Assembly (NCBI RefSeq): GCF_963676685.1
Contig: NC_092346.1
Coordinates: 63,798,001 to 63,862,000 of the forward strand
Source: Mytilus edulis
Taxonomy: Eukaryota
DNA: 64,000 nucleotides
Reading direction: 5' to 3'
This document shows positions 11,460-40,688 of the stretch, piece after piece. Positions within the stretch are counted from its first letter, which is position 1, and every line of letters begins with the position of its first letter. Under the pieces are notes generated by a model that searched no databases, was not told the origin of the DNA, and was given only the letters and a program-made list of their open reading frames with translations. The translations under genes were made by a program, and so were the position numbers.

Positions 11460-14259
11460 TTTAAATTATCAATATATAACTGTTTATTGATGTTTATCAT
11501 CACAGTTTATACTGCAGGGTGGTTTGGTGATAGTATATTTAATCTTTACTTTATCTTCTTTTATCAGTATGTCCAAATTTCATTTCGTTTGCTGTGAATG
11601 TTGATATTCAGGGGAGTTGACATAAAAGTGACAACAAATTTAAAAAAAAATAAAACGTTTGATGAGGACACATGAAATCAACGAAAGTTCAATCTTTTGT
11701 ATGTTGTTATTCCTTAGTACTATATTCGATGCGTTTTTTTTTTTTTTTTTTTGCCATTTCATTTTCTTTCGGTTCTGTTGGAGGTTCAACCCTAAAGCTT
11801 TCCCTCTTTATAATCTCTACGCTCTACAATTCACTGTTGATTAAATATTTGTAAATATTGTTCATGTGTTAATAATAAATAAAAACACGTGGGTAAATAT
11901 GACAAAGAAAATTTGGACTAAATATAAACTCATGAATTATAGATTACAAATTTCCAATTAATGGACATGTCAACATATATAATCTACAACAAGAAGGACG
12001 CAATTGCATTTGCGCCAATTTTGAAAAAATGCAATCTCTCATTATCACAACAAGGTAATATTTCATTTGCGCCAAAAAGTGTCTTTTGAATAAAGCTATA
12101 TACATGTGTTATAGATGTTTTATTTACTTGTATTTACTTGTATTATTGGCGCAAACGAAATGTTTTATTTTTGGAGCAAATACAAAATATGGTTTCTGGT
12201 TCAAATAAAAGATTTAATTGTTTTGGCGCAAATAAAATGCCTTAGGTGTAAAAGCAAAGAACCGAAAAAAGAAAATAGGCTCCCTCCCTTGAAAAAAAAA
12301 ACAATAAACAAAATGATATAAAACAGCAGAACAAAACAATAAAAAAAACCCAGCAAACAACAGCACAAAACAATGTAAATAACACAAACTAACAAACAGC
12401 TTTTGCAGCTTTGATCATGAAGCTCCTCCAGGATTTAAACATCATTGACATTGGAATATGCCAGGTTTTTCCTGGTGAAAGTAAATCCAGTAAAGCGCCC
12501 CAGTCACACCTAATGTTGTTATTTTCATTTTTATCTTTATAAGCAAAGGTTCCATCCAGTTTAAAAAAAACAAACTTACAAACAAACTTAGATCGACCTG
12601 TTTCTATTTCCGCTCAAAAATATTTTGAGCATATTCTGATATTGTTATTTTCGTTTAACTTGGTTGGCAAAGGCTCACATCCGGTTCAAAGTCTGATAAA
12701 TTTTAGTCGACTTGTTTTTATTTCAGAAAAAATTATTCTAAGGGAGTTGACTTAATTTCATATTAATACATTTGAACCATTGGCTTATAGAACAATACGG
12801 TCTTTTATTTTGGTGTCGTTTGGCTTCTGTCTTATTGACATACACTAACGTGTCCTTTTATTTGTATGGTTTAAGTTTGAATATTATGGTAGATTACAAT
12901 ACGAAAATTGGGATACTTCAACTTATCGTTTGCCACATCTGAAAATTAAGCCCATGATATTATACTAGTATATTTTTTATGATTTCTGCTTCAGCATTGA
13001 GTGGCGTTCGTACAGAAAAGGTACCTGTTTCGTACTTTATACTAAATAGAGTTCGTTTAGAAACAGAAATTGCTTACCCTACAAGAGTACCTGTTTCCCC
13101 TCGATATTAAGTGGAAATCGTGTAGAAACAGTACTTACTTATGCTTCAAGAATACATGTTTGCCCTCAATATTAAGTGAAGTTCGTGTAGAAGCAAGAGT
13201 TGCTTACATTTCCAAAACAACTGTTTTCACTTTCAATTTTGTAAGGATGGTTTGTTTAGAAGCAGGAACTGCTACTCTACTACACTTCTTGTTTTCGCTC
13301 TCAGTTTTAAGTATGGCTAGTGTTAAGAAGGGACTACTTACCCTTTCAGAGACCTGTTTTCATTCTTATAAAAAGGAAGATGTGGTATGATTGCCAATGA
13401 GACATCTCTTCAATTTAACTTATGTTTGTCTCTTTTTGTATACCTTGCCGACTCTAAATAAAGCTTATTTATTATCCACAAAACACTTAACGACACAGAA
13501 ATTAACAACTATAGTTCACCGTACGGCCTTCAACAATGAACAAAGCCAAGACCCACAATTTGTTTATTGGAGTTCGTGTTTTTGGTGGGTTTTTTTTATT
13601 AATCTAGTTGCTACTAGTCATGTAAAGCCTGTTACTTCTTTTTTATTTGAAATAGATATTGTCCAAACGTGTATTCAAGAGAATACTTTAATTTGCGCAG
13701 ATTCAGGTTTTGTTTATTTATATCAGATTATAATTATTGAAATGATTTTGGCTTTTGAAAGCGTTTGCACCTATTAGTACAGTAATTGCAATTGTTGAAA
13801 ACATATTTTCTCGATGACGATAGTTATTCATGGCTATGATTTTGAGTGGTATTATTATTTGTAAAATGACAGCTTATTCTGGAATCTATATTGATATTTT
13901 CCAAATATACTGGCGTCACAATAAAAACTATCTGTGTTATTTGATTTTAACTTGTGTTATTTTCACTGTAATGTTTTTAGACTGTGCATCCTTCGTTTAA
14001 GCTTTGATATAAAACCATTGCTGCATATTTATATCTCAGATCTAGGATTTGAAATTTTTATGTGACATTGTAAGCATTCCATCGTGACATTCAACAACTA
14101 CAAACAAGTCATTTTGCTTTCGTCACGTTAAAAAAACCTAATATCAACAAAAGTATAAGTTATAATAATGTTTAATAAAAAAATTACAAAAAATAACAAA
14201 TCAACCGTAACAAATCATTTTAAATTGCTTTTTTTTTGTCATTAACTTCACATTTTGGT

Positions 14260-16419
14260 TCACTCCACCTTCTGGTTACGTTTTCTTGTAATCTTCGATA
14301 AAACTCCGACGGCAACGAAAATTGAAATCAATGTCGCAATAACAGACGCAGCAGCAACAATCGCGATTTCAAATAAAGACATTTTCCTTGTACCTTTTCT
14401 CTCTTTAGTTGCGCCAAAACCATTTAGTCTTTCTTTGGTACTTTCGGCAAACTGTGTTTGTTTACTTTCTGTAGCACCATTTTTAGCCTTTAGCAATTCG
14501 ATGATATTTAAGTCTTTTCCATCATTTGTAATCCATCCTTTAACGTCTTCCACGAAACCTGTAAAACCTGCAGGAACGAGGTAAATACTGGTCCAACTTG
14601 TTCCTTCATTGCTTATTATGTAACTGCTATTGTCATTACGCTCCATTCGTTGACGAAGAAATGGTGGGCTTTTGATTTGAGAAGAGAGAACAGAAGATTT
14701 TGTTTTCATACAGTAGTTCACCTCGCATCCTTCATCTTCAGTAGCAAGATGTTCACTATAACCACTGGGACACGTTTTTGGAGGAGACCCAGTAGTGTAA
14801 TACTTATTGGCCAATGGATTGCCATGCTGGCAGCTGAAGAGCCCTCCAAATGGTGCCGAATATCTTTCTCCGTTTTGATAATCATCGCTCACACATATTG
14901 TTAAATCGGATGTGATATGTAAAGGCGTAAAGACGGATGGGCAACCATGAGCATTTGCCAACGGATTTGGAAATACCGTTGTGAAAAGTCCTCCAAATAG
15001 GTAACCAGAATTGTCAGGAACGTTGTTTTTCACGGCTGCGCACCAGTAAGATTGAAAAGAAGCAGAACCAAAATGAGGTATATTTTGACATTTCTTCCAA
15101 AAGATAAAATAGTTACTGCATTCTTGTGTCATTTCGGTTTTAGATGTATTACCAGAGAAAAGAGGGACCACGTCGTATCCTTCTGGGCAAGTGCCAGCTC
15201 CAGTCTTTGGATTTTTTGTTGTCAAGGCATCACATAAATTTTCCGAGAGGTCACCATTATAACTGCAAGTTTGGAAAACACCACCGAATGTCAAATTCAC
15301 ACCAGCATCATGACAAGAACCATCGTCAACGTTCGCTATATAGTTAAAATTAGGAGAATTTACATTCGTGCATCCTTTGATGGTGTTGTATCTATAGTAC
15401 GTTGCAATTGATTCCTCCACCAATGACGCTGTTTGTTCTATAATTGAAATTGGAAGTTGTGCAAAATTGTCAGAGTTAATTACGAAGTTAAGCGGATCAC
15501 CAGAACGATCAATAGCGGCCAAATTACTACCAATACCATCAACCCATTCATTTATACTGAAATTGACTGGTTTGAATAACGGACCTCCGTGGGTTCGAAC
15601 TGATGAATGTGTTCGCAGAGACAGATATTTTGTAACCGTGGTTTCGGATGTCGATGAAGCATGGTTGTATTCTATTCCACTCCCGAAAAATGAAAATCCT
15701 GCAGACTTTGCAATGTCTGATCTTTTCATGTCACTGTTTTGAACTGCTGTTCGATTCAGCTGTTCAATTTTATATATTAATGCTCCAGCATTAACACTAG
15801 TAGCTACATGTGTTCCAAAATCTCTGATCAGTAACTGACTTTCGTATCTTGCCGTGTTTTTTTGTCCAGAGAGCAAATGATCAGCAATTGTCAGAACACG
15901 ATCTCTAAAAGCGTCATCTAAATCCATTTCAGTTAGGAGTTTAGACACATATTTTTCATATCTAGCCCCTACCCTTACTGTCATTGAATTGTCACTTATC
16001 TGGTTTGTCTTGACCTCTTGATACTCTGAAGAATAGCTACCGTGGATATCAAAGATGAACGGGATCCCAACATTCCCGCCAACATTGATCGATTTAGAAG
16101 TTGCAGACGTGTAATTTTTCCAGTTGTCAATGATTTCTGAGAAAATGTCCACGCTGCTAGATTTAACCTGTAGCACGAACACATTGTCCGGTATTAGGTA
16201 TAAGCCATCATCTGTTGTTTTACATTGAGAATACTTGTACTGAATTATTTTCCCGCGGTTTTCATTCAATAAGTTGTCCCATCCGATACCTGGAAGGTTT
16301 GCATATTCATAATTTGTCAAGCTCGTTCCAAGACAGTCTCTCACTGTAGAAAGGGTGTGCCCTTCTATAAAACATGTTATTGTCAGAACGACAGAAAACA
16401 GCAATTTCACTTTCATCAT
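14260..16419 (-). CDS. MPEG1: Macrophage-expressed gene 1 / perforin-2, paralog B, about 719 aa, single coding ORF
   Basis: First ATG at 16419 (MMKVKLLFSVV, signal peptide); the ORF track starts at a GTG. Motifs LPGIGWDNLLN, IRDFGTHVATSVNAGA, DRSGDPLNF, GCTNVNSPNFNYIANVDDGSC, P2 domain, and TM IAIVAAASVIATLISIFVAVGVL. Confidence 0.95.
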   Translation of the reverse strand: MMKVKLLFSVVLTITCFIEGHTLSTVRDCLGTSLTNYEYANLPGIGWDNLLNENRGKIIQYKYSQCKTTDDGLYLIPDNVFVLQVKSSSVDIFSEIIDNWKNYTSATSKSINVGGNVGIPFIFDIHGSYSSEYQEVKTNQISDNSMTVRVGARYEKYVSKLLTEMDLDDAFRDRVLTIADHLLSGQKNTARYESQLLIRDFGTHVATSVNAGALIYKIEQLNRTAVQNSDMKRSDIAKSAGFSFFGSGIEYNHASSTSETTVTKYLSLRTHSSVRTHGGPLFKPVNFSINEWVDGIGSNLAAIDRSGDPLNFVINSDNFAQLPISIIEQTASLVEESIATYYRYNTIKGCTNVNSPNFNYIANVDDGSCHDAGVNLTFGGVFQTCSYNGDLSENLCDALTTKNPKTGAGTCPEGYDVVPLFSGNTSKTEMTQECSNYFIFWKKCQNIPHFGSASFQSYWCAAVKNNVPDNSGYLFGGLFTTVFPNPLANAHGCPSVFTPLHITSDLTICVSDDYQNGERYSAPFGGLFSCQHGNPLANKYYTTGSPPKTCPSGYSEHLATEDEGCEVNYCMKTKSSVLSSQIKSPPFLRQRMERNDNSSYIISNEGTSWTSIYLVPAGFTGFVEDVKGWITNDGKDLNIIELLKAKNGATESKQTQFAESTKERLNGFGATKERKGTRKMSLFEIAIVAAASVIATLISIFVAVGVLSKITRKRNQKVE

Positions 16420-18601
16420 TTCAAATGACACTATCCAATATAAACAAATAGGCTTAAAACTTTATCACATTGTTTGAATATTTATGATTAATAAACAAGT
16501 ATGATAAGTTCTATAGTCATATCAAATTTTGCATTGATATAGATGTAGGGCGATCATGAGATTAGATTGCCTATGTTTATAAATAATACATAAAACTGGC
16601 TATTCCCCCATAATCCGAATCTATACTTTGACTTTACAGATACAATATTTTAATCTGATGAGTTACTATACTATAGATCGCCGTACGGCTTTTAAACATT
16701 ACCAAAATACATACCGTATAGTAAACTTAATTTACTCCTAAATCCCCGTCGTGGCAAAATGTTAAATATATAAACAAGTAAACCAATGGCGAGATTTGTT
16801 TAAAGACAATAAACAAAAAACAAGCATGACAAACAACCACTGAATGACAGTCCTCGGAGTTTGAAAAGGTACATACAGAAAGTTGCGGAGTTCAACTTGC
16901 TTGAATAGCGCTCAACTTGGACAGTAGTGTGACTGCACATTACACGAACGCACTCAACAAATCAGTTGAAAATGATAAACTTAGAAGATGGGTCCGAAGG
17001 GGAAAAAATACGTTCAGTATCGATCAAAGAGTACTTACTACCAGTTCAACTTGATTAAACTTCTAGTTCACATGCATTTATACAATAGCTCAAGAGGTAT
17101 GCAAATTGGGCGCAAACAAAAACAAATGTAATAACTTTTGGAAGACTATGTTATAAATTAGGGCGTTATTTTTTCAATTGAATTATTTCGTATTTTTCAT
17201 GTAGGGGTCTTTTATAGTTGACTATACGGTATGGGTTTTTCTCGAGGCCGTACGGATGCCTATATTTGTTTACATCCATTTCTTTGAACTTCGGTAGATA
17301 GTATTTCCTTATTTTTAAAAGATAGAAGATTAACTTTACTCTGTCGGTTTAGAGGGCAAAAACAAAAATATTAATGAAATAATATCAAACATGCAAAGAT
17401 GTTGTGTGATAAAAGCTTGCGCAATCTTTTGGTCGGGTACAGAAGTACACTTTTTGTAATTTTGATGATTCAAATGGTTGTTTTAAAGCCATGGGAAGGT
17501 AATATCGAGCATAGTGCAACCATAAAATTTTGCGAAAAGTCCAGTCTTTGCTATCAATACTATAAACTTTAAGCCATTTTTGAATTTCGTCTTTTTGACA
17601 ATACAAATTAAGGCAAAAAAAACCAGGAATGTACAATTTTATATGATGATGTTTTATGAAATACCCAACGACAAAAATAAAATAAAATAGCCAAATCTGT
17701 TTCCCAAAGAACAAGCTCAGTCTGGCATCTATGAGAATATAACCACTATAATGAATCTTGTCAACCGTGGTTTCAAATGATAAAGATGTCATGTGTTCTT
17801 TCTCACAAGATGCTATATAGGCAATTCGTATTATAGAAAGGCTTCATCGGATATATATGTTTGTAGTAACTTTCTGAATAAATAGATGCCAATAGACCAA
17901 ATCATATTGTTTTCAACTTTTATTTAAAGCAGTATATTTAAATATTGCTTTGGCAGGAAAAGGCCATTAAAAAAAAGACTGGGATGGGAAAGAACAAATC
18001 ACCTGCATTTTGTTCTACAAGCGTTCAATTTCAAGACATCTGAAATCTATGGCAACGGAAAATTGTTAGATATTTAACAAAAACCTCTTTACAGCCAAAA
18101 CAATTCACCTGGACATTTTTTGTGTAGATCTTGCATTAATGATTATTTTGCTGTTAATGTTTAATAATACCTGTTTCAACATGCCATTTAAACTGTCTAT
18201 CTGCAGAAGTTTCTGCAAAAACTGTAATAAATGGTAACAAGAGTGCACAAGCTGAAATGTCTCGCCTTCTTTACTAATCATTGATATTATGTTGAAAGTC
18301 CTAAATATAAAGCTTCATTACAACTGTCACATGAACCTAACATTAACCAATAAAACTAAACATTGACCAACGCAATGAACCATGAAAATGAGGTCAAGGT
18401 CAAATGAACCATGCCAGGCAGGCATGTACAGCTACCAATTCTTCAATATAACAAATATAGTTGACCTATTGCTTACAGTTTAAGAAAAACAGACCTAAAC
18501 AAAAAACTTAACACTGAACAATGAACCATGAAAATGAGGTCAAGGTCAAATAAAACCTGAGCGACTGACATATAGATCATTATATATTTTCATACACCAA
18601 A

Positions 18602-19085
18602 TATAGAATGAAATTCAAAACAGTGTGGCTGTGGCCATTGATTGACACATTAAATTCATCCATTGACTGGGACAATTTAGGTGAACGTTTGTATGTAACG
18701 ACCACTGCTCACTATGTACTTTTTAAAGACACTTAAACTATGGGGTCACCAAAGGTTCTCAACACCTTAATAAAGTAATTCGAAAAATTAATCAGGAATA
18801 ACACGATGTTTAGATTTATATCAATTATATAAATAATTGATATAAAAATTATGTCGATTTATCGGGCTGTATTTGCGTCTTTTGGAAGTATTATCTTAGT
18901 TTCACCAGCAACCGGAAGTTGACTTGATAAGTTTGGGTCAAACTTATCAACGTCGCTGATATGTCCGGGTCAAAGTTATTAAGGCCAGGTCAACGTATTT
19001 GTGTGTCACAAAGCCGTGATATGGAGTTTTATTAAGAGTTGAGCAGATTGATATAGACAGTTGGACGACCGATAATATTAATTAA
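18602..19085. mobile_element. Left arm of the foldback MITE seen at 51437, followed by unrelated sequence
   Basis: About 230 bp nearly identical to 51437-51670 (TATAGAATGAAATTCAAAACAGTGTGGCTGTGGCC...). The right boundary is approximate. Confidence 0.75.
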
Positions 19086-19253
19086 TAGAAAAAAAGACCA
19101 AAACTCAAAAACTTAACTTAAACCACTGAACCATGAAAATGAGGTCAAAGTCTGATGACACCTGCCAGCTAGACATGTACATCTAACAATTATTCCATAT
19201 ACCAAATATGGTAGACCTATTGCATACAGTATATGAATAACAGACCAAAACAC

Positions 19254-21502
19254 AACCAGGTGCTCCGCAGGGCGCAGCTTTATACGACCGCAGAGGTCGA
19301 ACCCTGAACAGTTGGGGCAAGTATGGACAAAGCATTCAAGCGTGATACAGCTCTGAATTTGGATTGTGATCAAATTTTTGACATTACATGGTTTTCTTTA
19401 CACAAAACAAATGTCAAGATTTTACAAATCAATTAAAGATTTCTTCTTCAAACTTATTTAAATCTAAAATTAAATAGTTGTCACAGCATAGGTTTCTGAC
19501 ACAGAATGAATGTGGTCTAATGAACTTAAAAATTTTTTTTGCCTTTGAGCAATTCACTATGCTGTTGAATATAAATCCTCTAAAAAAAATGTTTGAAGAA
19601 ATTTTCTTTTTATTTATGAAATCTGAAATGAGAAAAATTTAACCCCCCCCCCCCCATTTTTTTTTCTCACATCCCCGTTTCCCTTTTTCCAAAACTGATA
19701 TCAATTCAAATTTCTAATGGAGTTTGCAACAATAACTACTCTTTTAAATACATCATAAAATATTAAAATGTAAAATAAAGTGCTTGTTATCACTGAATGG
19801 TAAAGATTGGTTGGTAGTAAAAGTGAATATACATTGTTTATTGTATAAAACAATAAAAAAAACTTTATCAGCAACATTTAATATTGGCAAATTTCCAATG
19901 AAGTTATTTACATAAAGTTATTGGCAAATAAAAATAGAAAATGACATCATAGTCATGTCTGGCAAATGTCCAACATACATTATCTAAAAACATTTTAGAT
20001 AGATAAGGAAAAAAAGCTTCATCAGCAACATTTTATATTGGCAAATTTCCAATGAAGTTATTTACATAAAGTTATTGGCAAATAAAAATAGAAAATGACA
20101 TCATAGTCATGTCTGGCAAATTTCCAACATATATTATCAACTACTATTCTATACAAAGAAAGATAACTCCAATTGAAAATTAATTGCTATTGCACAATAT
20201 TGTGCAATTAGATATTTCTTGCTATTGTGCAATACTGTGCAATTGAAAATTTCTTGCTATTGCACAATACTTGATATGGAATCCTGATTTGGACCAACTT
20301 GAAAACTGGGCCCATAATCAAAAATCAAAGTACATGTTTAGATAAAGCATATCAAATAAGCCCAAGAATTTAATTTTTGTTAAAATCAAACTTAGTTTAA
20401 TTTTGGACCCTTTGGACCTTAATGTAGACCAATTTAAAAACTGGCCCAAAAATTAAGAATCTACATACACAGTTAGATTTGGCATATCAAAGAACCCATT
20501 TATTCAATTTTTGATGAAATCAAACAAAGTTTAATTTTTGACCCCCATTTGGACCAACTTGAAAACTAGGCCAATAATTAAAAATCTAAGTACATTTTTA
20601 AATTCAGCATATCAAAGAACCCCAAAGATTCAATTTTTGTTAAAATCAAACTAAGTTTAATTTTGGACCCTTTGGACCTTAATGTAGACCAATTTGAAAA
20701 CGGGACCAAAAATTAAGAATCTACATACATAGTTAGATTCGGCATATCAAAGAACCCCAATTATTCAATTTTTGATGAAATCACACAAAGTTCAATTTTG
20801 GACCCTTTGGGCCCCTTATTCCTAAACTGTAACCAAAACTCCCAAAATCTAACCCAACCTTCCTTTTATGGTCATAAACCTTGTGTTTAAATTTCATCGA
20901 TTTCTATTTACTTATACTAAAGTTATGGTGCAAAAACCAAGAATAATGCTTATTTGGGCCCTTTTTGGCCCCTAATTCATAAACTGTTGTGACCTCAACT
21001 CCAAAAATCAATCCCAACCTTCCTTTTGTGGTCATAAACCTTGTGTTTAAATTTCATTGATTTCTATTTACTTATACTAAAGTTATTGTGCAAAAACCAA
21101 GAATAATGCTTATTTGGGCCATTTTGGCCCTTAATTCCTAAACTGTTGGAACCAAAACTCCCAAAATCAATCCCAACCGTCCTTTTGTGGTCATAAACCT
21201 TGTGTCAAAATTTCATAGATTTCTATTCACTTAAACTAAAGTTATAGTGCGAAAACCAAGAAAATGCTTATTTGGGCCCTTTTTGGCCCCTAATTCCTAA
21301 AATATTGGGACAAAAACTCCCAAAATCAATCCCAACCTTCTTTTTGTGGTCATAAACCTTGTGTTAAAATTTCATTGATTTCTATTCACTTTTACTAAAG
21401 TTAGAGAGCGAAAACTAAAAGTATTCGGACGACGACGACGACGACGACGCCAACGTGATAGCAATATACGACCAAAAAATTAAAATTTTTGCGGTCGTAT
21501 AA
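19254..21502. mobile_element. HINE-type element nested in the 18236 element
   Basis: Subterminal TATACGACCGCA (19281) is echoed by the terminal hairpin TATACGACC...GGTCGTATA. It has a (GAC)n microsatellite and two internal tandem arrays, and is inserted in an A-run of the host repeat unit. Confidence 0.85.
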
Positions 21503-23034
21503 AAACTTAAATACAATCATTGAACAATGAAAATGAGGTCAAGGTCAGATGACAACTACAAGCTAGACATGTACACCTTACAATCATTCCATACACTAAA
21601 TATAGTAGAACTATTGCATAAAGTATAAGAAAAACAGACCAGAACACAAAATCTTAACTATAACCACTGAACCATGAAAATGAGGTAAATGTCAGATGAC
21701 ACCTGCCAGTTGGACATGTACACCTTACAGTCCTTCCATGCACTTAAATACAAGGGCATGAGGACCTTGCATGGTACGCACATATCAAATTTAGTTATCC
21801 AATTACTTATAATAAAAGAGAATTTGACATAACAAAAAGTCTTAACTTTTTTTTCAAGTAGTAACTGAACCATGAAAATGAGGTCAAGGACTTTGGACAT
21901 TTGACTGACAGAAACTTCGTAACATGAGACATCCATATGCAAAGTATGAAGCATCCAGGTCTTCTACCTTCTAAAATATAAAGTTTTTAAGAAGTTAGCT
22001 AACACAGCCGCCACTGGATCACTATCCCTGTCGAGCTTTCTGCAACAAAAATCTTCTTTAAAGGGCAATATAGCTCATAAATAGGGGACAATTGAAAAGT
22101 TTGGTTATTTACCTTATTTGTAGGTCTTTCTTTGCTCATTATTTTTTACTTTTAAAAGATTCTATCTGTTCATCATAGTTAATGCAAAAGATTTAAAATA
22201 CGAGATTTTAAAAGTCATCTTTCAAGAGCAACAACTCCTATAAGGGATCATTTGATGATTTTGGTCATGTTAAATTATTTGTAGGTCTTAGTTTGTTGAG
22301 TTACATTTTACAATCTAAAGTTTCTCTTGGTCTATCAAAGTTTCTGCAAAAACATAAAGATTGGTAACATGAGTGTACATGCCGGTTTAACTCATCATTT
22401 AAATCATTTTAGAAGTCTGTAATATGAATGTGTTACTACAAGTGTCACAAAAAACTTTGTATTATCAATGTTCTATGAAAATGAGGTCACAATCTTCATG
22501 CCAGACAGACATGTACACATTACAATTATTCCATCCACCAAATATAGCACCTGAGAAACGGATCAAACAACAAAATTGACATATGAACCATGAATATGAG
22601 GTCAAGGTCATATGAACCCTGCCAGGCAAAAATGTACACCTTTTTATCATTCCATACATATTGCTTGTAAAATATAGAAAAGACCAAACCACAAAAATTA
22701 AACTTTGTCCTCTGAACCATGAAATTGAGATCAAGGTCAGATGTAACTTGCCAGTAGGACATGTTCACCTAACAATTATTGCATACGCCAAATATAGCTG
22801 ACCTAATTCTTATAGTATCTGAGATATGGACTTGACCACTAAACTTAAACTTTGATCACCAATCCATAAAATGAAGTTCAGAAAAGAAGATCTTTAAAAA
22901 GGAATAAAGTGGTAATAATGGCTGCCATGGCCCTTTAGGCCAGGTGAGCTATTATGAGCACCTTCATTACGGGGTCAATATGGGGGTCCGTTAACATGTT
23001 AACAACACCTCGATTTTGGCAAAAACAGTTAACA

Positions 23035-23875
23035 AACAAGAATGTGTCCAAAGTACACGGATGCCCCACTCGCACTATCATTTTCCATGTTCAATGGACC
23101 GCGAAATTGGATAAAAAAATATAATTAGGCATTAAAATTAGAAAGATAATATCATAGGGAACATGTGTACTAAGTTTCAAGTTGATTGGACTTCAACTTC
23201 ATCAAAAACTACCTTGACCAAAAACTTTAACCTGAAACATGCACTTTCATTTTCTTTGTTCAGTGGACCGTGAAATTGGGGTCAAAAGTTTAATTTGGCT
23301 TTAAAATTAGAAAGATCATATCATACGGAACATGTGTACTAAGTTTCAAGTTGATTGGACTTCAACTTCATCAAAAACTACCTTGACCAAAAACTTTAAC
23401 CTGAAACATGCACTTTCATTTTCTATGTTCAGTGGACCGTTCAATTGGGGTCAAAAGTTTAATTTGGCTTTAAAATTAGAAAGATCATATCATAAGGAAC
23501 ATGTGTACTAAGTTTCAAGTTGATTGGACTTCAACTTCATCAAAAACTACCTTGACCAAAAACTTTAACCTGAAACATGCACTTTCATTTTCTATGTTCA
23601 GTGGACCGTTCAATTGGGGTCAAAAGTTTAATTTGGCTTTAAAATTAGAAAGATCATATCATAAGGAACATGTGTACTAAGTTTCAAGTTGATTGGACTT
23701 CAACTTCATCAAAAACTACCTTGACCAAAAACTTTAACCTGAAGCGGGACAGACGGACGGACGAACGAACAGACAGACGGACGGATGGACGAACGGACAG
23801 ACGGACGAACAGACGAACGGACGCACAGACCAGAAAACATAATGCCCCTCTACTATCGTAGGTGGGGCATAAAAA
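23035..23875. mobile_element. HINE-type element with 3+ near-identical internal repeats of about 170 bp and a GACG/GACA microsatellite, inserted in a small MITE (about 22970-24003)
   Basis: AACAAGAATGTG start, ATGCCCC subterminal motif, terminal hairpin ATGCCCC...GGGGCAT. The flanks carry GTTAAC-rich MITE sequence on both sides. Confidence 0.85.
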
Positions 23876-24869
23876 TGCAAAAATGCTGATAACAGTTAAA
23901 GTGGGTTGAAAACTGTTAACAGCTTAAATTGAGCTCAGATAACAGTTAACAACACCTTGAAAAGGACCATAACAGGTTAACACAAAAAGGTATTGCTCCC
24001 CTCTTTTTACAGAAGCAAGTGCTCAATTCTGGTTTGTTTTCATCCTGATCATTTCTTTATCTTTTACAGTTCATTCTAAACTTCCATTCCACATATGATA
24101 TTTCTATGATGAAATAAGACAATATGCATAAGTTTGGTTATTTAAATATTTTATTTTCTTCAATGATAAAATGCTGCTGATTCATTAACATCAACTAGAC
24201 TTAATTTTTCATAAAAGACATAAATAATGGCACTATAGACAAATGATGTTTATAAACAAATGAAACAGCACTTAATACTTCATTCAAACATTTTTACAAT
24301 TAGTTTTATTGAAACAGTTCTTGATACTTCCTTCAAATATTGAGTATTGAACACATTCAAACAATGTCACAAGAAATTTTAAAAGTTTATCTAATTCTGT
24401 TTACAAGAGTAAACATGTCATATGAATTACTACTGAAATACATTTATTACATTTAATGTGCTTGCTAATATTCATAAATTGCCAGAATTAGAAGTTAAAC
24501 TTACTTAATTCCAATATTTTCATTTTAAAATATTTTCATTTTGAAATATTTTAACTTTAAAATAGAACAATGACAATCTATCCTTGAAATAGTGTACAAC
24601 ACATTAAATCTATTATAACAACATACAACCATCAGTTCCTTGTATTCTTCTCATTAGTTCATATAAACAACCTCTCACACAGTGAGCATGCACACATGTT
24701 GCATCTTGAATAAGTATTTAAAATTTTGTATTTTGCATTAAAACAAACGTCCATCAACAAATATTAATATTTCTTATCACAACATGCTTTTGGTAACTTA
24801 TTTCCTGGTGGTTACTGGTCACGACCTCATAATGATATTCAAAGTTCAAAGTTTATACTAGCATTGTCA

Positions 24870-40688
<15,819 letters not shown>

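Larger units (their letters stand above)
18236..22050. mobile_element. Helentron-associated (HINE/DINE-1-like) non-autonomous element, interrupted by two insertions
   Basis: AACAAGAG start and internal tandem units containing GAACCATGAAAATGAGGTCAAGGTC. The same family recurs at about 22370-22880 and about 53690-54160. Boundaries are approximate. Confidence 0.65.

Noticed and set aside
13070-13777. Two adjacent ORFs (106 and 128 aa) between the MPEG1 genes
   Set aside because: Built from decayed interspersed repeats, TTG starts, no protein-like motifs.
23670-23861. Arg/Thr/Asp-rich ORF; also the ORFs at 29609-30175 and 37805-37999
   Set aside because: Translations of HINE microsatellites and internal repeats.
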